Shown here one piece after another: positions 49,000 to 57,688 of a stretch of DNA of 64,000 nucleotides. The notes under the pieces were generated by a model. It saw only the letters and a list, made by a program, of their open reading frames with translations, searched no databases and was not told the DNA's origin. The stretch covers positions 2,144,001-2,208,000 of the forward strand of contig OZ244070.1 in the NCBI GenBank assembly GCA_965215605.1, given 5' to 3'. The number at the start of each line of letters is the position of its first letter. Position 1 is the first letter of the stretch. Both the position numbers and the translations under genes were made by a program. The stretch comes from an uncultured Candidatus Binatia bacterium. GTDB taxonomy: Bacteria; Desulfobacterota; Binatia; UBA9968; JAJDTQ01.

Positions 49000-49885
49000 C
49001 ATCGGCCAACCGGAACCTGTTCCCAAGCGGCGCGGACGCCAGTGGTGGCGCCGGTGGATGCGGACCAAGGTCTACATCGGCGGCTCCATCGTGGTGATTT
49101 TCATCATCGCGGGCGCCCTCGGGCCGCTGGTGGCGCCCTACGATCCCAACCACCAAAGCCTCGAGACCATGCTGCAAGGCCCCCAGTGGTTCTGGGGGCC
49201 CCATTTCCTGGGCACCGACAACCTCGGCCGGGACATCCTGAGCCGCATCATCTTCGGCGCCAGGGTCTCTCTGCTGATCGCCTTCGCGGTGGTTTTCATA
49301 TCCGGTTTCGTGGGCGTCATTCTGGGAGCCACCTCCGGCTACTTCGGCGGCAACATCGACTTCACCATCCAGAAGTTCGTGGAGGTGGTGTGGGCCTTCC
49401 CGCCGCTGCTGCTGGCCCTCAGCATCATGGCGTTCCTGGGACAGGGGCTGGGCAACCTCATCCTGGCGCTGGTGGCCCAGCGCTGGATCCAGTACTGCAG
49501 GGTAACGCGCGGGCAGAGCCTGTCCCTCAAGGCCCGGGAGTTCGTCATCTCCGCCAAGTCGCTGGGCGCCAGCGACGCCCAGATCATCGCGCGCCACATC
49601 ATCCCCAACCTGATCCAGGTGTCCCTGGTCATCGGCACCTTCGCCATGGCGTCCTCCATCATCTCCGAAGCCAGCCTGAGTTTCCTGGGCCTGGGCGTGC
49701 CCCCCGAGATCCCCACCTGGGGCACCATGCTCGCCGACGGCCGCATCTACATCAGCACCGCATGGTGGCTGGCGCTCTTTCCCGGCCTGTCCATCTTCGT
49801 GACCGTCCTGGGGATCAACCTGCTGGGCGACGCCCTGCGGGACGTCCTGGACCCGAGGCTCAAGCGGGCGGGAACCGGCATTTGA
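48968..49885 (+). CDS. Dpp/Opp-type ABC permease (DppC-like)
   Basis: LGTDNLGRD, EASLSFLGLG, GDALRDVLDP. Confidence 0.92.
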   Translation: MQSSIQESGTDIGQPEPVPKRRGRQWWRRWMRTKVYIGGSIVVIFIIAGALGPLVAPYDPNHQSLETMLQGPQWFWGPHFLGTDNLGRDILSRIIFGARVSLLIAFAVVFISGFVGVILGATSGYFGGNIDFTIQKFVEVVWAFPPLLLALSIMAFLGQGLGNLILALVAQRWIQYCRVTRGQSLSLKAREFVISAKSLGASDAQIIARHIIPNLIQVSLVIGTFAMASSIISEASLSFLGLGVPPEIPTWGTMLADGRIYISTAWWLALFPGLSIFVTVLGINLLGDALRDVLDPRLKRAGTGI

Positions 49886-50886
49886 CATCCTCGCCGTCAC
49901 GCCTGGGCATGGTGCTGTATCACGGCATCGACAGCGGCGACGAGTTGCGGAACCATGCCCGTGTCGCGGAAGAGGCCGGCTTCGATTCCCTGTGGGTGAC
50001 CGAGCGCTACTTCCACGAGGAAACCTTTTCGCTGCTGGGATTCCTGGCCGCCGCCACCCGGCGCATACGGCTGGGGCTGGGCGTCACCAATCCCTATACG
50101 CGAAACCCCGCGCTGATGGGCATGAGCGCGGCGACCCTGGACCGTATCTCCGGGGGCCGCTTCCTGCTCGGTCTGGGCCGGAGCGACAGGTCGGTGATCG
50201 AGGGCCGCATGGGCATACCCTACGAGCGGCCGCTGGAGCACATGAGGGAAACGGTCGCGCAGTTCAGAGAGCTCCTGGCCGGAGAGCGTGTCAGCGGAGC
50301 CGCCGCCTGTTGGGACCTGAAATCCGTGCGGCTGGCGGTGAAGCCGGTGCAGGAAAGCGTGCCCGTCTACCTGGCCGCCATCGGCCCCAAGGCGTTGCGG
50401 CTGGCGGGGGCGGTGGCCGACGGCGTCCTGCTCAACGCCTACGTCCCCGCGAGCTACGTGCGTTACGCGGTCCAGGAGATCACCGCCGCGGCCCGGGAAG
50501 CCGGCCGCGATCCGGCGTCCATCGACATCGCCTGCATGCTGATCGTGCGTCTCACCGACGATCCCGCGCGGATGATGCCGGCCCTCAAGGAGCGGATGGT
50601 GCGGCTCCTGGTGGAGCCCTTCGTGGGGGAGGTGTTGTTGGAGCGGGGCGGCTTCGATCCGGGAATTCTGCCGTCGCTGCGGGCCACCGCCGAAGATGAC
50701 GGCGAGAAGGCCGCCGTGCACCTGATCACCGAGGCCATGGTGGAGGCGTTCTATCTGCTCGGGGACGCCCGGGAGTGCCGCCGGCGCATCGACGAATACC
50801 GCGAGGCCGGGGTGAACCACCCGCTGCTGCTGCCCCGGCTCGAGGACTACGAGAGCGCCGTCGAGGCCTTGGGGCCCCGCCCGTAG
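49882..50886 (+). CDS. LLM class flavin/F420-dependent oxidoreductase (Mer-like)
   Basis: AEEAGFDSLWVTE, GVTNPYTRNP, SGGRFLLGLG, AAIGPKALRLAG..ADGV; TTG start overlapping the upstream stop (inside track ORF 49042-50886). Confidence 0.88.
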   Translation: MTSSPSRLGMVLYHGIDSGDELRNHARVAEEAGFDSLWVTERYFHEETFSLLGFLAAATRRIRLGLGVTNPYTRNPALMGMSAATLDRISGGRFLLGLGRSDRSVIEGRMGIPYERPLEHMRETVAQFRELLAGERVSGAAACWDLKSVRLAVKPVQESVPVYLAAIGPKALRLAGAVADGVLLNAYVPASYVRYAVQEITAAAREAGRDPASIDIACMLIVRLTDDPARMMPALKERMVRLLVEPFVGEVLLERGGFDPGILPSLRATAEDDGEKAAVHLITEAMVEAFYLLGDARECRRRIDEYREAGVNHPLLLPRLEDYESAVEALGPRP

Positions 50887-50951
50887 GGATGGGCCGCCTC
50901 GTCCCCGCGAGATATCATGGGGCAACCATATGACAAGCATTGATCCATCAT

Positions 50952-52271
50952 ATGATAAACACTGACACGCCCCAGCCGCGCCCTCGCAAACCGCTCAACG
51001 TTCGGTTCTTCTACGGCTGGGTCGTGGTGGCGACGACCTTCACGGCATCGCTTTTGGCCGCGGGCATCCGCGCCGCGCCGCAGACCTTCGTGCGGCCGCT
51101 GGAAGCGGACTTCGGCTGGAGCCGCGGAGCGATCAACGCGGCGGTGTCCATTAACCTGGTGCTTTATGGCGCCATCGGTCCCATCGCCGGGCGCTTCCAG
51201 GACCGCAAGGGGCCGCGGGTGGTGATGCTCATCGCGCTGACGCTGTTGGCGGTGGGGGCGGGGGCCACCGCGTTCATCAACGAACTATGGGAGTTCCTGC
51301 TGGTGTGGGGCCTGATCGTCGGCAGCGGCGCGGGCGGCATTTCGTCGGTGCTGGCGGCCAGCGTCGCCCACCGCTGGTTCGTGCGCCATCGCGGGGTGGT
51401 GCTGGGCCTGCTGAACAGCGCCGGCTCCACCGGACAGCTCATCTTCATCCCGGTGGTGCTGAGCCTGATCGTGGCATGGGGCTGGCGCGTGGCGGCCATG
51501 GCGCTCTCGGGTGTGGCGGTGGTGGCGTTCCTGCTGGTGTGGTGGTTCATGCGCAACGATCCCGCGGAGGTGGGGGAGGAGGCGCTGGGCGAGTCGGAGG
51601 CCAACGCGGCCGCGGCCGCGGCCGCGAAACCGGGCGGCGCGGCGCCGGTGACCAGCACCACGGTGCGGGACGCGATCCGGACGCGCACCTTCTGGCTCCT
51701 GGCGGGCGCCTACGCCATCTGCGGCGGCACCTCCAACGGCCTCATCGGGGCGAACATGATCCCGCACGCCCTGGACATCGGCATCAGCCACCAGGTGGCC
51801 AGCATCACCGTGGGGATCATGGCCGGGCTGAACTTCGTCGGCACCATGGGGGCCGGGTGGCTCTGCGACCGCATGGACCCGCGCAAGGTATTGGCGGGGA
51901 TCTACGCGTTGCGGGCGGTCGCGCTGTTCATCCTGCCGTCGGTCACCGGCCCCGCCGGCATGTTCGTCTTCGCGGTGATCTACGGCCTGGACTGGTTCGC
52001 GACGGTGCCGCCGGTGGTGGCCATCGCCGGCAACACCTTCGGCAAGAACTCGGTGGGCAGCATCTACGGCCTGATCTTCCTGGCGCACCAACTCGGCGGC
52101 GCCGCCATGGCCCAGGGCAGCGGCATCGCCTACGATGTGTTCGGCGACTATGGCCCGTCCTTCCTCACCGGCGGGGTGCTGGCGTTGCTGGCCGTGCTCA
52201 TGTCGATGGCTATTTCCAAGGACCCGCCGGTCCGGCTGGCGCCGCCGCAGCCCGGATTGGCGGCCACCTGA
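50952..52271 (+). CDS. MFS transporter
   Basis: FFYGWVVV, FGWSR, GRFQDRKGPR, about 12 TM. Confidence 0.9.
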   Translation: MINTDTPQPRPRKPLNVRFFYGWVVVATTFTASLLAAGIRAAPQTFVRPLEADFGWSRGAINAAVSINLVLYGAIGPIAGRFQDRKGPRVVMLIALTLLAVGAGATAFINELWEFLLVWGLIVGSGAGGISSVLAASVAHRWFVRHRGVVLGLLNSAGSTGQLIFIPVVLSLIVAWGWRVAAMALSGVAVVAFLLVWWFMRNDPAEVGEEALGESEANAAAAAAAKPGGAAPVTSTTVRDAIRTRTFWLLAGAYAICGGTSNGLIGANMIPHALDIGISHQVASITVGIMAGLNFVGTMGAGWLCDRMDPRKVLAGIYALRAVALFILPSVTGPAGMFVFAVIYGLDWFATVPPVVAIAGNTFGKNSVGSIYGLIFLAHQLGGAAMAQGSGIAYDVFGDYGPSFLTGGVLALLAVLMSMAISKDPPVRLAPPQPGLAAT

Positions 52272-52347
52272 GCCGCGCGCCGGAGCGACGGTCCCACCGG
52301 GCCGTGGCCGGCTCATCATGGTGGACGGGAGCGAATGGAGATGACGC

Positions 52348-53520
52348 ATGGCTTGTGATCCCAACTATCTCAGCTTTTCCGACGCGGAGTACCAGCGTCG
52401 CAACGCGGCCGTGCAGGCGCGCATGAACCGCATGGGCCTCGACGCGGTGGTGTTCTACGGCAGCCGCACCGCGCCGGACATCCACTACCTGTGCAACTGG
52501 CTCACCACTTCCGAGGCCTACTTCATCTATCCGGGCGAGGGAGAGTCCACGCTGTTCGTGCAGTTGTCCAACCACCTGCCCAACGCCAGGCGCATGGCTG
52601 TCATCGACGATGTCCGCTTCGGCGGCTCCAGCCCCACGGGGTCGGTGGATTCGGTGCCGCGGGTGCTGGAGAACCTGAAGGAGCGCGGGCTGGAGAAGGG
52701 CTCGGTAGGCCTGTGCGGCAACGTGCCCTACCGGCACTACCTGCGGCTGGTGGATGCCCTGCCCGAAGTGAAATGGTCGGATTTCAGCGCCGAGATGCGC
52801 AACCAGCGCCAGGTGAAGAGTGCCGAGGAGATCGAGCGCCTGCGCCAGGCCTCGGCCATGAGCGACGACTCGGTGGCGGCCCTGCGCGAGCGGGCGCGCC
52901 CCGGCATCCCGGAGCACGAGCTGGCGCGCATCGTCGAGGACGTCTACCTGGGGAAGGGCGGCGTCAACGGCATCCATTTCATGATCACCACCTCCATGCG
53001 CGACCCCAGGGGCGGCGTGCCGCAGCAACACCTGTCCAATCGCATCCTGCAGAAGGGCGACGTGCTGGTGACCGAGATCAGCACCAACTACGCTGGCTAC
53101 ACCGGACAGGTCCTGCGCACCTTCACCATCGGCGAGGAGCCCACGCCAGAGTACCGGCGGCTCCACGACGTGGCCATGGAGGCCTTCGACCGCATCGCCG
53201 GGGTCATCAGGGCGGGCGCCGGAGTGGAGCCGGCGCTGGAGGCCGCGGACGTGGTGCACGAGCGCGGTTTCACGGTCTATGACGACGTGGTCCACGGCGC
53301 CAGCCAGTTGCCGCCGATCCTGCGGACCCGGAAGACCAGCCGCGGGACGCCGCCGGATTTCCGTTTCGAGACCAACATGTGCCTGGTGATTCAGCCCAAC
53401 GTGGTGACCGAAGACGGGTTGCGCGGGGTCCAGTTCGGCGAGATGATGCGCGTAACCGATACCGGACTGGAAAACATGCACGATTGCCCGAGAGAGCTCA
53501 TCGTGTGCCGTAACGGATAA
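52348..53520 (+). CDS. M24 (creatinase/Xaa-Pro peptidase) family protein
   Basis: FSDAEYQRR N-domain, VKSAEEIE, pita-bread domain with atypical metal ligands. Confidence 0.85.
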   Translation: MACDPNYLSFSDAEYQRRNAAVQARMNRMGLDAVVFYGSRTAPDIHYLCNWLTTSEAYFIYPGEGESTLFVQLSNHLPNARRMAVIDDVRFGGSSPTGSVDSVPRVLENLKERGLEKGSVGLCGNVPYRHYLRLVDALPEVKWSDFSAEMRNQRQVKSAEEIERLRQASAMSDDSVAALRERARPGIPEHELARIVEDVYLGKGGVNGIHFMITTSMRDPRGGVPQQHLSNRILQKGDVLVTEISTNYAGYTGQVLRTFTIGEEPTPEYRRLHDVAMEAFDRIAGVIRAGAGVEPALEAADVVHERGFTVYDDVVHGASQLPPILRTRKTSRGTPPDFRFETNMCLVIQPNVVTEDGLRGVQFGEMMRVTDTGLENMHDCPRELIVCRNG

Positions 53521-53538
53521 CCGCGGAGAGAGGGCCCT

Positions 53539-54441
53539 GTGCCGTACATGCCCGTGGCTCGTTTCAAGAAGGGATATGCCGCCGGCCTGGCGCTGGCGCT
53601 GTGGGTGGTGACGTGGCCGCCCGGGGCCGGCGCGGCGGACGACCGGGTGGCGCGAGGTGCCTATCTGGCCCGCGCCGGCCTGTGCATCGCCTGCCACACC
53701 GACTTCGGGAACAAGGGCGCCGAGCTCGCCGGGGGCTACGCCATCGAGGTTCCCTTCGGCGTCATCCACAGCACCAACATCACGCCGGATCCGGAGACGG
53801 GCATCGGCGGCTGGAGCGACGAGGAGTTCCTGCGGGCCATGCGCCGGGGCATCGGCCGCGGCGGCGAGCACCTGTTTCCTGCCTTCCCCTATACCTCGTT
53901 CACGGGCATGACCGACGAGGATGTCCTTGCCATCAAGGCGTACCTGTCCACGGTGAACCCCGTACGCAAGGAAAACCGCGCGCCCGAGTTGACCGTGCCC
54001 TTCGGCTGGCGCTTTCTGGTGGCGGGATGGAAGTGGCGCTACTTCGAGGAGGGAGCGTGGCAACCGGACCCGGACCGGTCCGCCCAATGGAACCGGGGTT
54101 CGTACCTGGTGAACGCGGTGGTCCACTGCGGCGAGTGCCACACGCCGCGGGACTGGGCCGGTGGGCTCGACCGTGAGCGCTTCATGGCCGGCGCCGCCGA
54201 CGGCCCGGAGGGCGAGACTGCCCCCAACATCACGCCACACAAGCAGACCGGGGTGGGTGACTGGTCGGTGGAGGACATGGTGGAACTGCTCAAGAGCAGC
54301 TACAAGCCCGACGGCGACAACGTCCAGGGCCTCATGGAACGGGTCATCGTTCACGGCTACGAGCACCTGAGCGATGAAGACCTCACCGCCATTGCCGTTT
54401 ACCTGCGCTCGCTGCAGGGCGTGGACAACGCCGTTGACTGA
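53539..54441 (+). CDS. Diheme cytochrome c
   Basis: Signal peptide, CIACH, NITPD.ETGIG, CGECH. Confidence 0.9.
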   Translation: MPYMPVARFKKGYAAGLALALWVVTWPPGAGAADDRVARGAYLARAGLCIACHTDFGNKGAELAGGYAIEVPFGVIHSTNITPDPETGIGGWSDEEFLRAMRRGIGRGGEHLFPAFPYTSFTGMTDEDVLAIKAYLSTVNPVRKENRAPELTVPFGWRFLVAGWKWRYFEEGAWQPDPDRSAQWNRGSYLVNAVVHCGECHTPRDWAGGLDRERFMAGAADGPEGETAPNITPHKQTGVGDWSVEDMVELLKSSYKPDGDNVQGLMERVIVHGYEHLSDEDLTAIAVYLRSLQGVDNAVD

Positions 54442-54628
54442 GAGTGGTCGAAGTCAGCCCCACGGATGAACCCGTATCCGTTCACCGTTCAATCGATGAG
54501 GTTCAGGACATCGAGTTCGCTAATATGCCGAATTCGCAGTTGCCCTATATGGCGCAGTTATGCTATGTATTATTCGAGTTTAGGCAATGGTGTGGTATTC
54601 TGCCTGCCTCAGAAAGGGAGGGATTGTC

Positions 54629-55105
54629 ATGAAGAGCTCATTGCAAAGGCGGCCGGTGTGGAGACTGGCCCTGGTTGCCGTGCTGGCCGTGTCGTTCGTG
54701 ATAGCGATGAATTCAGGAACGCCGTTTGCGACCACCCAGATTTCCACCGACGCCGACGAGGGAGACAAGATGACCTTCACCGTCAACCTTGGCGTTGCTC
54801 CCAATGGCTATTCCATCCGTTATACCTTCAAGACCGAGGACGGCACCGCCGAAGCGGGAAAGGACTACACCGCGCGTACGGGAAAGGTGGTCTTCGCTTC
54901 GGGTGAGAGCACCAAGACGGTGGACGTGTGGACATCGACAGACCAGATTGAGGAGGATGACGAATACTTCACTTTGAAATTGTACAATATCGAAGCGAAA
55001 GGATTCTCGGCGGCGCACTCCGGGTGGGTCTCGTTCCGGAACCAGCTCTATGGCGTTCCGAATGAGCAGTCGCTTAACGGCGAGATCAAGGACGTTGCGC
55101 CGTGA
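54629..55105 (+). CDS. Secreted single Calx-beta domain protein
   Basis: Signal peptide; EGD.MTFTV.L, TEDGTAEAGKDY, GKVVFASGE.TKTV.V, D..EEDDEYFTLKL. Confidence 0.85.
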   Translation: MKSSLQRRPVWRLALVAVLAVSFVIAMNSGTPFATTQISTDADEGDKMTFTVNLGVAPNGYSIRYTFKTEDGTAEAGKDYTARTGKVVFASGESTKTVDVWTSTDQIEEDDEYFTLKLYNIEAKGFSAAHSGWVSFRNQLYGVPNEQSLNGEIKDVAP

Positions 55106-55253
55106 AATGGAGGCCAGGATCTGATCGGTTGGGGTTGAAACGGCCTTGAGCCGGTCGCCGCAACAGGCGACCCCGGGCACGGCGAAGAAGTTTCCCGGGT
55201 TCCCTGGGACCGCCGTCGCAACAGAAGACCTTAGCGAGCGAGGAGGGAGGATC

Positions 55254-55772
55254 ATGAGACAGGAATCGAACAGGAAAACCGAATGGACCGCATGGCGCGC
55301 CGCCCTTGCCGGCGTCGTACTGTTGGGGGGTGCGGCGCTCGTGGCGCCGCAAGCGGCCGACGCCGTGGACGCCGGCACAACCGAGGGCGACACGATGGAG
55401 TTCACCGTCGAACTCGGGGCTGCACCGAACGGCTGGGCGGTGCGCTACAAGTACAAGACGGAAGACGCCGCGGCCGTCAAGGGCGAGGATTACGAAGAGA
55501 CCACCGGCACCGTGACCTTCAACTCGGGGGTCAAGACCAAGAAGATCTCTGTGGACACGATTGACGACAGCGAGGAAGAAGACCCGGAAGTCTTCAAGCT
55601 CAAGCTCTATGACCAGGAGGTCAACGGGCTCTACCGCGACGTCACCGGATGGGTCACCCCGACGTCCAGCATCCGGTCCATGCCGCGCACGATGACGTTG
55701 AAGGGCCAGATCCAGGACAACGACCAAACGGTCAAGGCGGATTGCGGGAACGCGGGTCAGTATTGCCAGTGA
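55254..55772 (+). CDS. Secreted single Calx-beta domain protein (paralog)
   Basis: Signal peptide; EGDTMEFTV, TEDAAAVKGEDY, GTVTFNSG, DDSEEEDPEVFKLKL; C-terminal CGNAGQYC. Confidence 0.85.
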   Translation: MRQESNRKTEWTAWRAALAGVVLLGGAALVAPQAADAVDAGTTEGDTMEFTVELGAAPNGWAVRYKYKTEDAAAVKGEDYEETTGTVTFNSGVKTKKISVDTIDDSEEEDPEVFKLKLYDQEVNGLYRDVTGWVTPTSSIRSMPRTMTLKGQIQDNDQTVKADCGNAGQYCQ

Positions 55773-55805
55773 CCGGGGACCAGGGATCAAGTACAAGGGA
55801 GACAA

Positions 55806-56633
55806 GTGATGAATACCGATCGAACCTCAACCGGGCGCTTGGCGATTGCCCTTGCAGCGGTCGTGCTGGCCGCCGCCCTTGCCGCAGCCGGGCCCGCCCG
55901 CGCCCAGAACGCCCCTACATATGGCGACTGTGCTGATGCGTGGTACCAGAGCGACGCCTCCGATCATTGCCCGGCACGCGGCACCCAATTCTGGTTTGAC
56001 ACCCCGAACGGACAGTGCAGCGTCACGGCCAGGTGCAGGAAGTTGAATGGCGTGCCATCAACCCAGCAAACTGTCACCGGCGATCTGGATGACATGCGCG
56101 ATCTGGTGAGTTGCGACGGCAAGCTCAAAATCGGCTCTTGCCTCGACGCTACTCAACAAGCCGCCCTGGAGACAGCATGCAAGGATGCGTGGGATAACAG
56201 CGATGCCAGCCAGAGATGCGGTTCGTCCCGCGGATCCCACAGCGTGTCGACCTATCAAGGCGTGCAATGTCATGTCTCGACCTCCTGCGGGACCCCGGCG
56301 GTGTCGGCGTCCTTCTACGGGTCTACCGACACTGTGAAACAGCTCGATTACTGCAACAACGAGTTGTCCACCTCCTGCCCCACGGTCGAGAAATGCACGA
56401 GCGCATGGAATGCGAGTTCGGCCAAAGTTACCTGTAACTATTCCGGCGCCTTCAGCACCCAAGTCGGAGTGGATTCGGGACAGTGCTCCATAAAGACCCA
56501 TTGCGAAAGACGGGTTGACGATCCATTGGGGAAGACTGGGGGAGTCCTCGCAGTTGAGACCTCGTACAAGGGGGACCTGGGACAGGTGCAAAACCTCAAG
56601 AACTGCCATGGGACACTCAAGACATCCTGCTGA
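55806..56633 (+). CDS. Secreted Cys-rich protein, 3 x 6-Cys modules (paralog 1)
   Basis: Signal peptide ending ARA-Q; three CxxAWxxSxAxxxC...C..C...LxxCxxxLxxSC repeats. Confidence 0.85.
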   Translation: MMNTDRTSTGRLAIALAAVVLAAALAAAGPARAQNAPTYGDCADAWYQSDASDHCPARGTQFWFDTPNGQCSVTARCRKLNGVPSTQQTVTGDLDDMRDLVSCDGKLKIGSCLDATQQAALETACKDAWDNSDASQRCGSSRGSHSVSTYQGVQCHVSTSCGTPAVSASFYGSTDTVKQLDYCNNELSTSCPTVEKCTSAWNASSAKVTCNYSGAFSTQVGVDSGQCSIKTHCERRVDDPLGKTGGVLAVETSYKGDLGQVQNLKNCHGTLKTSC

Positions 56634-56771
56634 GGTCCCGGTTTCTCCCGGTTTCGCGGGTCGCATGACATCGATCGGGTCGCACGTCTTCGGTCGCATA
56701 TCCCGGAGCGGGAAAGCTCGCCATGACCGGTCGGATTGTCGATCGGTGACCGGGCAGAAAGGAAGGAAGCG

Positions 56772-57638
56772 ATGAAGACCGATGGAACCCAGACCGGGCT
56801 GCGGGCCTCTTCCGGATCGACCGGGCGCTTGGCGATTGCCCTTGCAGCGGTCGTGCTGGCCGCCGCCCTTGCCGCAGCCGGCCCCGCCCGCGCCCAGAAC
56901 GCCCAGGACGGCCCGACGCGGGCCGAGTGCCTTGACGCGTGGGACGAGAGCGACGCCTCCGGTTCCTGTCCCTATTCCAGCAACCAGTTCTGGATGACGG
57001 CTTCGAACGGAGAGTGCAGCGTCACGACCAGGTGCAGGAAGTCGAATGGCAGGGCATCAGGGATGCAAAATGTCACCGGCGATCTGGATGACATGCGCGA
57101 TCTGGTGAGTTGCGACGGCACGCTCAAAATCAGCTCTTGCCTCTCCGCTACTGAACAAGCCGCCCTGGCGACAGCATGCGAGGAGGCGTGGGATGACAGC
57201 GACGCCAGCCAGCAGTGCGGTTCGTCCTACGGATCCCACAGCGTGTCGATATCAAACCGGCAATGTCATGTCTCGACCTCCTGCGGGACCCTGGCGGTGG
57301 CAGCGTCCTTCTACGGATCGCCCGACGATGTGAAACAGCTCGATTACTGCAACAGCGAGTTGTCCACCTCTTGTCCCGCCCCCGTGACGGTCGAGAACTG
57401 CAAGAGCGCATGGAATGCGAGCGACGCCAGTAATACCTGCAACGTTACAGGATATGCCGATACCAGGCCGGTCGCGGTGGATTCGGGACAATGCACCATG
57501 AGGGCCAGGTGCAGAAGATGGAGTACGGTATTCCCCGGCAACCCGGAGATCTCCCCGCAGTACGGCGATTTCAGGGGGAGTGTGGAACAGGTGGAAGACC
57601 TCAAGAACTGCCATGGGGCGCTTAAGACCTCCTGCTGA
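56772..57638 (+). CDS. Secreted Cys-rich protein, 3 x 6-Cys modules (paralog 2)
   Basis: Same architecture; ATG after a purine-rich RBS. Confidence 0.85.
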   Translation: MKTDGTQTGLRASSGSTGRLAIALAAVVLAAALAAAGPARAQNAQDGPTRAECLDAWDESDASGSCPYSSNQFWMTASNGECSVTTRCRKSNGRASGMQNVTGDLDDMRDLVSCDGTLKISSCLSATEQAALATACEEAWDDSDASQQCGSSYGSHSVSISNRQCHVSTSCGTLAVAASFYGSPDDVKQLDYCNSELSTSCPAPVTVENCKSAWNASDASNTCNVTGYADTRPVAVDSGQCTMRARCRRWSTVFPGNPEISPQYGDFRGSVEQVEDLKNCHGALKTSC

Positions 57639-57688
57639 GGTCCCGGTTTCGCGGACCGGGCCCCCGCGCCCCGGAATGAGGAAAGGCC

